From: Lytechinus pictus
Taxonomy: Eukaryota
Reading direction: 5' to 3'
Assembly (NCBI RefSeq): GCF_037042905.1
Contig: NC_087252.1
Location: 8,060,001 to 8,124,000 of the forward strand
DNA length: 64,000 bases
A program made the translations under genes and the position numbers. The notes under the pieces are model-generated. The model was not told the DNA's origin and searched no databases. It saw only the letters and a list, made by a program, of their open reading frames with translations. Each line of letters opens with the position of its first letter. Within the stretch, counting starts at the first letter, position 1. Shown piece by piece: positions 25,126 to 39,000 of the stretch.

Positions 25126-27086
25126 TCATGACCGAGAACTTTTCCAAACTCCTTTGCTTTCTGTTTTATGAGATTTTTTTTCCTTCTCTTTTATTACTTT
25201 TTTTAACACAAAGTATATTGATTTTATAAAAGTGTTAAATTGATCAAAAACCTCCACATTCTTCGATGCATAGGCCTATCCTCCCCGGTGAAGTCCATAC
25301 ATACTCAAGGGCAGTGTCGGGATAGGGGGAGAGTATATGATAAGGTGCCGCGACCCCCTCCCTCTCAACAATGAAATAACAGGAATATGCCCTATACTCC
25401 CGTTTCCCTTCCATTCTTTTGTCGTATCCCCATCCCCTTTTAAAATAATTTTTATTATATTTTTCTCAAACTCATACTGCGTCAATGGCACAGTGAGCCC
25501 GATATTTTGTATGGGCACAGTTGGGACAAAAGAAAATTGTATTTGATAAAAAAATGAGTGGTAGCGGAGCAAGCGAGAAAAATTAAAGAATGGAAATATG
25601 TGATAGATTATGACTAATATATATGTCACTATTTTCTTTCTTGTATCCTTCTTTTCTTTCCTCATTCTTGTTTGTTTATGTTTGGAGGAGATAAATCCCC
25701 AAATTAAGTAGGCCTATGTCGTAAACTTTTGAAAGCCTTATTACCTAAAAAAAATTAATAGTGATTGACTTGAAGAAAAAGTCCATCCCAGCAACAACAA
25801 AAAAGGAAAAACTCCAATAAAAAAAAAATCATCAAAATCAGATGCAAAATAAGAAAAATATGACATTTTAAAGTTTCGCTTAATTTCACAAAACGGTTAT
25901 ATGCACATTCTGGTCGGTATGTAAATGAGGGGACTGATGACATTTTCACTCACTATTTCGTTTGTATTATCATTATGAAATACAATATATTTTAACTTTC
26001 CCCTCATTATAATGTAATACAAAGTTTCATTCCTCCCTGAATATGTAAATTACCGTTGTTTTAACATTTTCTGCAGTCCATTTATCACTGTCAAATCTGA
26101 AAAACTGGAATATTGAATAATTAAAACAGTAAACGAAATAGTGAGTGAGGGAGGGACATCATCGGTTCTCTCATTTGCATATCACATATTTGTGCATATA
26201 ACTGTTTTGTGAAAAACGAGCAAAACGTTAACTATCAGATTTCATTTTACATTCGATTTTAATGAAATTTTCAGAGTTATATGCTTGTTTGAATTGATTC
26301 AAATAAAAAAAAAATTGAAATATTTTTTTAGGGGAACTTGACCTTTGAGAGTTAAGACTGATTTTCTTGAAACGATTGGCCAATAGAAATCTATATATTT
26401 TACTATTTTATGTCCATCACAATAGATCGGATCGAATGAAATAATTTGAAACCCCCTTTATAGCAGTGCAAATAACGAGCTGTCACTGCAATGAGCACGA
26501 CACTGACATCAATTTTGATTGCCTAAAAGGTATAGGCCTAATCAATTAAAGATATATGCGAATTATACAAAATTATGTCGATGCAAAGAAATCATGAGGT
26601 GTATATGACATATCATATTCAATATATGGAGAGAGAAAAATAATAAAGGCCAACAGCTGCATGAGCAGATCGATCTAGTGCCAGTTCAATTATAACGAAA
26701 CAATTTTATTAAACATCACCTAAATGATAAACTATACTCTACATGACTAATGTTATACATGTAAAAAAGTTAGAACAAAAAGCTAAAACTTAGTTCTACT
26801 CCCTCGTAATTCCACTGCATCTTCGGATTGACCCCCCCCCCCAAAAAAAAAAAATTATCGATGGAAATGAACTGCTATTGCACATCAGCAGGTGCGGCAA
26901 TTTTTGTGAGGTTTTTGGTCCATTTAGGGGGAGAAAATCCACCCTAGTGTTTTGTGTGCAAATTTTGAAGCCCCCCCCCCCCCACCCGGGGGATCGCAGT
27001 CCACCATGCAGATCACCCCTTTTTGCCTTTTTTAATTTTGGCAATGTTTTGCAAGCCCGCCCTCATCGCTCGTGCTTATCTTAAAA

Positions 27087-30000
27087 ATGGCAGCAGCTGA
27101 TAGTGAGAAAGTGGAAGGAACGATGACCAGTCCGGCTGAAGAAAAACCCTCAAAGGAATCATTAAGTCAGGTGGTGGACAGTGAAAGTAAAGATGACGTA
27201 GATCTCGATCAGTTATTGGACAGTAAGAGCATTCTCGATTCTCACATGACCATAAAACCCAACGTTGTTGTAAGGGGCGTTGAAAATTTCGGTCCCACAT
27301 GCTTGTTTTTGCGTATGCACCAAGTCTAACTAATTTGTCAAAGTTTTTGTTAATGACAATGTTATTCTGCCGAGTTTGCGTGATGTGGTGGAAACATTTG
27401 AAGTCTTCCTCCAATTAAAGGTTGGAAATTGATGGGTGCAAGTACTGTTTGCACTTGTAATAAAAAAATATAGGCCTAGGCGGTAGAAAATATAGGCCTA
27501 GGCGGTAGGCCCTATTTATAAAATATTTTTTTGTAGGCCTAGGTCTATTTCACCCAAGGCCAAGCAAGGGTTCATTACATGCCGCCGCGCACAGAAAAAT
27601 CAAGCCATAGAAGTCGTGTGTTGGGGACCCAAGAAGTGAGATCCCAGCACGCGCGACCCACTAGTTAGAAATCCACTGCCAAACGCGGTTCGTGGTGCGA
27701 GCGAGGTTAGTATAGGGTAACGCGCCCGGTATTCGGTCACCTCCCAGAATTCGGTCAGACAGCTGTTTCAACAGCTGTTGAAAAAAAAAAAATAATGCAT
27801 GAGCCAGAAAACTTTGGCATATCATGCAAGAAACCAGCACTTCCAGCCCACCTCAAAAAAAATGTCGATTAAGACAAGCACACAGCCAAAAACTAACCTT
27901 AAAATTGACCGCGTCGGGGGGGTTTTGTTTACTTCCGGGTTTCTTAGCTATTGAGTTAAGCGGACGCAACCTCATGTAAACTCTTGTGACGTCATGACTT
28001 TGTGTGTAGGTGTAGTGAATTTGGTACGAGTGTGAAGGGGAAGACTTGTGTGTTCACCCAGTCGCAGCGAATATGCAACTAGCAGTGAAACTGATGAGTA
28101 GCGAGGGCTTATACATTGCCCCTATAGTGAGAGGGCGCTCGACCAGAATTCGGTCGCGCAACATTGAGTGTTTTGCCGGTGTGTTTGTGAGGAGGGAAGA
28201 GCGTGCAGATACGTTGCTCCTCGCAAGTGAAACACTTATCTTAATCCATTTTTTGTTCTGTTAGGCCTAAATAAGTTTAGAATATATCTAAAATTATTTT
28301 TCATGAATAAAAATCTTAAATCAAAGATGTTTATTGCCTATGAAAATGCAATTTGAGCAGGTGAATGACGATGGTGACGAAGTTGGTAAATTTGACCAAG
28401 GCTCATTTTGATTGCCTTTGCGTGATTGAGTTGAAGTCTACATCTTTCTCAAATGATAGGGCAAATGATATGCCTACGTTAGGCCTAAATAAGTTAAGAA
28501 TATACCTACAATTATTTTTATTAATAAAAATCTTAGAACAAAGATGTTTATTGCCTGTGAAAATGCAATATGAGCGGGTGAATGACGATGGTGACGAAGT
28601 TGGCGAATTTGACCAGGGCTCATTTTGATATTGCCTTTAACGTGATTGAGATTAAGTCTTAGTGATTTCCTTTTTGGCCTCAATAGTCAAACTCAACCTC
28701 AATAGTTAAACCGTGTTATTTTTTTAATGTTATCATAGTTATTTTCAATATTATTATTAATTTGAATAATACATCCGGTTCCAGGGATGATGGACCCCCA
28801 AGAAAAAAAAAATTAAAAAGGCTCTTCCACGAGTGTTATTTTAAAAGACGTCATTGCTAGATCAAAGGCTGGAAAATTGCCCCTCAATTTTGCCCGTCCC
28901 TCACATATCAGAGGTCTGCGGCTAATTTTTTTGGTCGTTTTAATTTAAAACAAGGGGCCTTTTAATATTGTCATCATTGCTAATAACATCAATCGAAAGT
29001 GGATGACAATGTTGACGAATTCGGTTAGAATTATCAGTTACTGTTGTGAATTCAATTGGAATTCAGTTGCCCGAGTTAGGCCTAAAGTGATTTATAGAAT
29101 TAATAAAATGTTCCTTTCGTCTAATATTAATTTTAAATTCTTTGAGTTCATACTTTCAATGACTTTTCAAACAGATATCAAAATCTTTACTAACAGTATA
29201 TCAAACAGCAGGTTGACAACTCGGTATTGGATGGTAGACAAGATGTCAAAAAGGAGGGCGTCTTAGGTATATGGGATACCTAAATCAACGCATAGGGATA
29301 AAGTAGGTCTACATCTTTTTATTTACTTAACCATACTCTGAACTTAAACTATTATATCAATCGGTAATTTCCATCATGCTGTGTAATTCAAATGTTCTAA
29401 AATTTTTCCTTACCAGTTTCTCCACAGATCGATGGGAAGACACCAGTAAAATCGCGGCATGGTTCCAGCCCTTACCTGTCCGTTGCTATGAAAGCAAATT
29501 TGGCGGCATTGGAACAGCGGATGGCAAAATTCGGGGTGAAGAGACTAGAGTTTCAGCAGATGATTCAAAATTAATTGTCGGTCTCGTCGTTATTTTGTCT
29601 TTCTTTCCCATTTAATTTTTCTCGTTCATTTTTGGGGGATTTAAAGGACCATTGATGTAGTAAAGGAAATGACAATAGCGAGGGCAGTAGTTTTGTGTTT
29701 TAATATGGAACCAGTAAATTATGATATTGAAGGAAGTTGCAATAAAACAATGAGCATAATTATGAAAAGGATAGTGTAAGAATAATAGATTAAGGCCATT
29801 ATGATGAAATTAATTTATGTACATTATCTTCATTCAAATTATTTCATCAAGAAGGCGTACCACACTTGTATTCAAGAAAGATTTAGCATTGAGTGAATTA
29901 AAGATAGTCTTCAATGACCTCTTATATCACAATGTTCCCTAAAACTTTGTTTGATTTATCAAAGGAATGATATGAAATCCAAATTTCCTCTTCGCTTTCC

Positions 30001-33000
30001 CTATATCGGAGGCCGACGTAGATCTTATAAGTATCATTGAGCCATTAATTTTATTGTAAAAAATAAACTAATATAAAATCCAAGAAATTACAAAGAAAAT
30101 ATATATTCTACGCAGTTGTTACGCCCTGGTACTAATTATTTTGCAGTACAATAATTATTTTTACATTCTATTGTTTGTATTCATATCATTCTTAATTTTA
30201 TATAAATTTAATGTATTGTACGTAGATGGCCAAACAGTAAATTTTGTTACAGAGTATTTGATTTATTGATTTCTTTCCATTTATGAAAGACAAGAGTATG
30301 AAACTTATTTGCCATTTGTATTAATTCTACATTCACCTTGCCATTCATTTCATAGACTGAAAAAAATAAACAATATCTTGACTGCAAAGACGTGAAGTTT
30401 CAATAACATGTTGCCCATTTGACTCTTTGTCTGTAATGAAATTGACTGAAACGATGATGCTGCGCCATTTTCTGGTTGATTCCGTTTTGGATTGTTGTAT
30501 TAAAAATTCTGAGTGATTGAAAATTTATATAATCTTAACGAGAGGGGATTGATATGGTCAGCAGAGCAGAGGATTAATATTCATTGGGGACCTCTATTGT
30601 TGCATCCACCCCCTAAAAAATACAAAAGATAATCCTCTTCTCCGATGCCCATAGTTTGAATGAGCTAGTGTTGATCTACTATTTGACATAGGTTGTGTGG
30701 CTGATTATCTTTTGGTGATTGACTGGAGCGACTAAAAACAAAAACCAAGTTATTTGATAGATTTTCATGAATGACTATCAGGACTATCGGGATGGCAGAT
30801 TAAAAATATGATTTTAGAAAATTATGAACATTAAGTAAAATCTCCAAAATAATAGATTCTACTCAGTAGCGGATCCAGGGATGAGCCCCCTTAATTTGAC
30901 ACTTTTATCATGTAAAAAGAAACGGGAATTACGGGTACACGGACCTTGCTCCCCGCTTGGATTCCCCACTGTACTGAATTACCAAATAAGCAAAATAATA
31001 ATAATAATAATAAACAGACCAAAATAATTAAAGACTCCCTCAGACAAAAACAGAACCCCAAACAAGCGAGCATGCATCTGAAAATGAAAACGGCAAACGG
31101 GTATGAAACCATGCAAGTTGGAATGTTACCAAAACAAAACACAAAAACAACATAAACATAACATCGAAAAGCAAAACAAGTGATTGAAAGTAGGAAATTG
31201 AAATTCATAAACAAAATATAAGAACACAAAAACCCCAAACAAACGAGCATGCATCCGGGGCATGCATAGGAATATGAGAACGGCAAACAGGTAAGAAACC
31301 ATGCAAGTTGGGATTATATAAATACCAAAACAAAACAGAAAAAAATAACATGAAATGTAACGTCGCAAAGCAAAACAAGTGATTGAAAGTAGGAAATTAT
31401 AAATCATAAACAGAGTAAAATAATACAAAAGGAGTTTTGCCTGTAAAAGAGGGAAGAAAAAATACAAAAGTTAATTATTAAACATGTATTTTCATAGAAT
31501 GAATAATGAAACATATATATTCAGTTTACGCCATCACATGGCGAAATTTCAAACAATACCGTTCAGTCTCAATTCTTCCACCTGTTCTGTTATTTCTAGT
31601 GGACTAATTAGGTTTTATTGTTGCTATTATTAAAAAGTAAACACTAGAAATGCATAATTAAGATGTGGAGATCACATAAAAGGAATAAAAAACAGTAAGC
31701 ATAAGAGAAATTCGAATAGTTAACATCAGATAAATCGCGCGTTTTCGCGCGACCGAATTCTGGGCGGCGTGACCGAATACTGGGCGGAAAACACCACCTC
31801 GGTCTATCGGCAATATTTTGTTCAACAATATTCAATATTCTAAATGAGTTCAATAATCTGAAAGAGGACAATTTTTTCTTTCTCCTGGTCGGTGGATTTA
31901 CAAATAAATGAGGTAGGTATTTATTTTACCGGCGATTTCCCCTTAAGTGACCGAATACCGGGCGCGTTACCCTACTAATACTTAGACCAAAAGCTTCAGT
32001 CTCTGTATTTTGGTTGTTCCGCTGAACTACGTTGGCTCCACTCACCATACATAAATGGTAAATGGGGATTACAGTAAAATGTCAGAAATTGTTGAATAAA
32101 TCCCCAGAAACGACGGTTATTCCTGTCTAACTAATACTAACCTCGCAATACGTGTGAGTGGGTCTATTTCTGAATCCTGGGCACTGGGGTCTGGGCTTTT
32201 TACGTTTTTTATTAAAATTTTTTTTCTCTGTATCACTTTTCCCGAACGATGCTACTGCAAAAGCCCCCCCCAAAAAAAAAAAAAATTGTTTTGGGGCGGG
32301 GTCTTCCTTGTCCCACCCCATTTGGTGCACCACTTGTAGTAACACTATTCAGGAAAAAAAAAATCAAGTTAAAGATTATCACTTGTTCACTGCAACTATC
32401 CTGCTTGTGGGGAATCTACAGGTAGGACTATGGTATGCCAATGTTGTACAGAGCACACACTTTAAAGAATCATTAAAATATCACTTTTGTGACCAAAATT
32501 ACTAATTTCCATACAGTTGCAATTTATTTTTCATTAGTAACTTGGGAATAATTTTTGTATTCACCAGAGCGCTCAAAAACTTGATTTTTGGGCATATTTT
32601 TGTGTATGCCCTCTATTGGTGGAAAGTAATTATGGCATGAAAATTTTCATTTTTTGATCTCTATTTTTAACTAAGAAAAAAATAATTTAAAGAATCAAAT
32701 TTACTTAAGAGCCAAGTTGTATGACGAATAGGTGTAATGGAAACTCAGTGTAAAAAAAATCAAGCATTTGTCCCAAAGAAAAAGAGAATATAAGCCAAAA
32801 ATTGTCACCCTTATTTTGCCACACATGGAGATATAACTGAGAACAAGGTTATATCATAACCTTGTTCATTGAATGAGTGAAGATTATAAAACTTTAAGCG
32901 ATACTGGTGATTACTGGGAAAAATAAATAGGTTGAAAAGGCCACCATTCTTCTCCTGGTACCCACTCACATGTATTGCGAGGTTAGTATTAGTATACTAA

Positions 33001-36000
33001 TTATCAACATTGTAGTTGGTTGATTGCTTCAGTTCCAATGGTGATGAGCAACCGTGCAGCCCGAGAGTGGGAATGATTCTCCAGACCATGGTTGATGGTA
33101 TTGTTATAAATCATCTTTTTAAAAATCTATTAAGGCGTGGTATGCCTTGATATCTAACACAAGGTTAATAACCTTGCAAAATGAATGTGCATTCCTGTGG
33201 GTTAAATAAGTTCCTAGATGCACATTTGAATAACTAATCACATAATCATATCCTCACGGAAATATGTGCATAAAAATGCACAGTAATTTTGCATGGCCTG
33301 GAGCTGGGGACCTTCTTAATCATTATAAACTTTGTTGAACTTTTAGGTGCCTTGAGTGATTTTGACAAACCATTGCAACCAGCTTCCTTAGAAGAACCAG
33401 ATGTTGCTAAATCAAGTCCAGGGCTTAATATTCTAACTACATCCAAAGAACAGGGCGGTGAAAAGAAGACGGAAAGTGATGGAGCAAAGAAGGCAGAGAA
33501 ACAGACAAAAGAGGTGAGAATAAGTCCTTGTTATCTCTACTTCTCTAATAGCACTAATAGCAGCATTTCCCCAAATTTGTTAATATATATATTTTGTCAT
33601 TTGCAGAAAAAAAGCTAACTGGACTAGAGGAGATGGATAGGGGATGGAGAAGGAGAGGGGAGGGAGATATCAATAGGTAGATACATGAATTAATAGNNNN
33701 NNNNNNNNNNNNNNNNNNNNNNNNNNNNNNNNNNNNNNNNNNNNNNNNNNNNNNNNNNNNNNNNNNNNNNNNNNNNNNNNNNNNNNNNNNNNNNNNNNNN
33801 NNNNNNNNNNNNNNNNNNNNNNNNNNNNNNNNNNNNNNNNNNNNNNNNNNNNNNNNNNNNNNNNTGTTAGGTTTTATAGGGTTAGGTTTAGCATAGAGTA
33901 GTGTATAGTGTTAAATCCAGGGGTGAAGTTAGCAATTCCATTACTGTGTGAATTTACAGTGTAGCAATTGTCGCTGGAGCAAATGTCTTAGAACCAGATA
34001 GATAGATTGCGGTGTAATTGTCCAGCAAGGTCCAGCAGGCTGTTGCTGACTTCAAGAACAACATCTCAAGTCTGGAAGTGGGATTTGGTCAGTGTTTCTA
34101 TTTCTCTTCATTCATTATCTTCCTAGGGACCCCAACTTCCACCAAGCCAAGATGCGCTCTTTGAAGCGCTCTTCAACGACAGTCCAGCGGGTCAGCAGTC
34201 TGCTGCGGAGTTTGAGAACGTCCTCTCGGGGCTGATGGCGGAGCTTGGTCAGGGATTTGGAGGTGATCCTCAGATGGCCTCGGAGATGCAGAAGATGTTT
34301 GAGACGATGGCTGCAGGAGCTGGTGCCATGCCTAACCCTGCAGGGGCTCCATCAGGAACTCCTGCACCTGCTGGTGAGTATTGCCTTCTTGAAGATAGAT
34401 TATGATAGATGATAATGGGGATGATGATGATGATTGTGAAGGTAATAATGTTGGGGATAATAAAGATGTTAGTGATGATAATGATGATGGTAAATGGTAA
34501 TGATGGTGGTAGTGATGTCAGTGATGATTGTGATGATGGTGATTATGGTTAGAATAGGGGTGATGGTGGTGTTGATGTTGATTGTGGTTGTGATGATGAG
34601 TGATGATAATAGTGGAGATGAAAATTGTTAGGGGGATATTGATGATGGGGATGACAATGATAGTGGCAATACTGAATATAAAAATGGTGGTGATGATGAT
34701 GGTGGTAATGATGCAGATGGTAGTGGTGGTGATGGGTATGGTGATGATAATGATGATTGATGATGGTGGTATTGGTGGTGGTGGTTGTGATGAGATGATG
34801 ATGACAGTGGTGGTGATGGTGGTGGTGGTGATGATGATGATGGTGATGATGATGATGATGGAAAGATGGGGATGATGATCTGATGATGATAATCGGGATG
34901 GTGATGTGATGATGATGATGCTGCTGTTGATATGATGATGATGGGGCTGAAATATTTTCTGCTAAGGCATTGATGTATTCGAACCCTACCACAATAATGA
35001 ATTAAAAGAAAATCTCTATTATGCATTATCTGCTGTAAAAATTCATGTAAATTCCTTTTGAGTTCAGGTTTATACATATCTCATTTTAGCAACAATGTGA
35101 AATTTATTACAATATTCGTATTAAAATCATTTTCTTCAGCTCGTGATACAAGTGATTCCAACACAACTCAAAACCCAGAAGATGTGACTTCAACTCTTGC
35201 AGATACTCTTAACAGATTAGCACAGAATGCAAAGGACCTACAGGTATGTTTCATACTATGCACCTCATTCAATATTTTTAAATACTTATCCTGAGAGTGA
35301 AGATTTTGCATACACTATAAGGCATAGTAGAATTTCAAAACTGAGATATATCTGTGAAGTTTTTATAGATGTTGTTCACATCTGCTAAGCAATTGTGATG
35401 TAAAAGCAAAGTATCATTGTTTTATTTCAGGATGGGCAGCTATCTGATGAGGATCTTTTGAAGGTTTGAGAGTGAAAGTTTTGCATACAATGTATACTGA
35501 CATTCCAGAATTTGATGAATGGGCAATAGAGTGGGCTACCAAAGTAATGACGGAACAAAAACAAATATTTTGAATTTAGAAGATTTTATACAACATCTGT
35601 GCAGAGCACAATGACAAATATCTACAACCAAGTTTGGTGGAACTGGGACTTGGTTTGCTGGGGCCTTAAGATGTGGCTGTATGAATACTTACTTTATAGC
35701 CCGATTGAAATCAGACTAAATTGGCATGGTTCTAAACGGTCATGAACCAAGCCAATTTACTCTGATTTCAATAAAGCTTTGATTTGCTTTGATTTGATTT
35801 ATTGATTTCCGTTGCACAACATAAGCATGATAAGTATAACAAAACAAGGTCGAAAATAATGCAAGACGTAATAAAATATACATAACATAATCTTAGATTT
35901 AAGGAACATAATTCGATAAATAAAATTACCTTGTATGACAATTGTATTTTAAAGTAAAACGGAGGGTCTTGCCGAAAAAAGCAAAGCTTGTACAAAAGGC

Positions 36001-39000
36001 AAGCCCCTAAATAAACTTAGTTACATTACAAAAAAAAATAGCATTAGGGAGAGAGGGGGAATGTGAGGGGGAGAAGAGGGGAGGGACAGAGAAGTGCAGG
36101 GTACATAACATAGAAAGAAAGCGGGCAGCAGGAGCAGGTACTTTGGCTAGTTGCAATTTTAAGAAGAAAACAGTAATAACAAATAATATTCAATTATTCA
36201 GCATGATCTGCTTGCAACGAGTATTGCAATATTAACATTTTTTTGCAGTTTGCATTTAAAAATATTTATATTAGGGGATTCTTTAAAATCTTGAGGCAGA
36301 GAGTTCCAGTAGGCAGGCCCGGAAAAGACAAATGAATTCTTTGCAAATAGAGTTCTTGTTAATGGGAGATGATAATATTGTCGTTGCCTTGTTGGGTAAC
36401 AGTGTACGGATGCATTTTTATGGAACATATTTGAGAAATAGTGGGGAGATCGTCCTTGCTTAATTTGAACATAAATTGACTTAGTTCGAAGAGATATATG
36501 TCACTTACTTTGAGGATGTTATTTTCAAAAAATAAGATATCAGTATGTGATCTAAAGTGTGTTTGAAAAATTATTCTTAGAGCTTTTTTCTGGAGAAGTA
36601 ATATTCTATTTAGTTGTGTTTGTATTGCATTTATAAGGTAGTCATTTGATCATACCCTGGGCAACCATCAACCAATTTCTTTCAAAATTGGTGTGTAGAG
36701 GTTTTTCATTATGCTCTTCTGAATTGTCATGAAAATATGTGTTATGTAAATGGTATACAAAAAGAAAATGGATGATGTCACACTTCGCTACTCTACTATA
36801 TATCTATGAAGTGCTATATTCATATTTTTCCGAACTTTTTATATGATAAGTGCTGTGAAAGGGTGAAATATTGTTGTTTCATTTTGTGGGTTGGCAAGTA
36901 CCTGATGGAAATCTGTTCAGTTCATTTGCAAATTTGCAATACTCCCTAAGATTGGAGATTGTGTATGCCCTGTATGCTGGCATGCCAGACTTTGTTGACC
37001 GGAGGCTATCCATTAAGAGCTTATAGGTGTTGTTCCAATATGCTATGATATGAGAGCTGTGTAAGAGTGAAATATTCTCTTTTTAAAATTTTATTTTAGG
37101 ATGGGCAAGTACCTGATGAAGAATTATTAAGATCGTTTGGAGGTATGAACCTAGAAGGAGGCAATGCTGAACTTCTACCGATGGTCCAGACTATGATGCA
37201 GAGCCTTCTCTCTAAAGATATTCTCTATCCATCATTAAAAGAAGTAGTAGATAAGGTAAGCTCTTTAGAAATATATAATCAGAACAGGGCCTGTATCACC
37301 AAGAATAATGGTGAATAACATATACGAAAGAAGCATTCTGATTGGTTTGTGGTCCATGTTTGTACAAAGTTCATGTGTAATGATGATCTTGATTGGCCAT
37401 TGCCATTAAACAATTAATTGCAAAAATTGATGTTACTAGACCTGTAATTAATTACCATAGCAGGAAGAGTGATAGTATTAAATTATAATAATAATGGTAA
37501 TAATGGTAATAATAATAATAATAATAATATTAATAATATTAATAATGATAATAATGATAATAATGATAATAATAATGATAATACTGATATTAGTAATAAA
37601 AAATGATAAAAAGAAGGGGTTGTGTTAAAAATTGATGAGTTGAAGAAAGAGGAGGAGATGAAGAAGAAAGGACACGTGATGAAAGGCAAAAGGTGAATGA
37701 GAAGAACAATACGGAGGAGGAGGTGGAAAAGGAAAAAGGGGACAGGGATGAAGGAGAAGAAGAAGAGGAGGAAGAGGAATATTAAAGTGAAAGATGAGCG
37801 GAGGAGATAAAGGATAAGATATGGAGGAGGAATGAAATAGATATTGGATGGAAAGAGGGAAGAATAAAGGAAGAAAAAAAATTATCTACTATTAAAAGAA
37901 AAGAGTGAAAAGGAGGAAGAGAAGAATAAGAAAAACAAAACAAAATGAAATATCTATTTTTTTCTTGCATTGCCATGTTGTATGTATAGGGCATCTTAGT
38001 AAAAATTCAGAGCTGTGTGTGTGTCTCTCTCTCATGGATCCTGTCTCTTTCTCTTCATTCCTAATTCACACATTCAAACAATGGAGGATGTGTGAAAGAC
38101 ATCCCCTCATAGTGGTGCTGCTACTAATAAAAACTGGGCACAGTCTCTGTGTCTCTGTAAGGTTTGTTGAGGTTGCTAAGGCATGATAGCCAGCTTGCTG
38201 TATGAATATGTTACTGGCATCATAGATAAGATTACTCTTTATTATTTTTTTTAATTTCTCCAGTACCAAGGGTGGTTAGATGAAAAGGAACCAACGCTGA
38301 ATAGTGAAGATCACCAGAGATACAGTGAGCAACATAGATTAATGTCACAGCTTTGTGTGGAGTATGAAGCAGAACAAGACACAGATAGCAGTTCAGTCAA
38401 ACAGGAGAGGATGGCCAGGATAATGGACCTTATTCAAAAGGTAAGATAATAATAATGATAATCATAGCTGGATTTATTAAGCCATTTTTGCCTGAGGATA
38501 CAAAGCGCTGCTATTGTTACCCCAGCCTTAGCCATGCTGCCATAGAGGTGCTGAAGCATTCAAGGAATTTCTTCCTTCCGGGTTCCCATTCACCTCACCT
38601 GGGTTGCGTGCAGCACAATTTGGGTAAATTTCTTGCTGAAGGAAAACATGCCATGACTGGGAATCAAACCCACGTCTCTAAGATTGAAAGACGAGAGTCA
38701 TAACCACTAGAAGGTCTGTGTATACCATGATGATGTAATGGCACTGTGCATTCAAGGAGTCCATCCTGCCAGATACTTATTCACATCACCTGGGTTGAGT
38801 GCAGCATCATGTTGGTCAATGTCTTGCTGAAAAAAAAATTGTGCCATGGATGGGATTCCAACCCATGACCCTCTTTTTCAATGTATGGAGAGTAATCCAC
38901 TGGGCCGCAACACTCATGGTTGTGAGAGTGTCGTGGCCTAGTGGTTTTGACCCTAACCTTTCAATCAGAGAGCTGTGGATTCAAATCCCAGCCACGTTAA

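Noticed and set aside
34549-35077. His-, Ser- and Met-rich ORFs
   Set aside because: Translations of an intronic GAT/GGT low-complexity tract.
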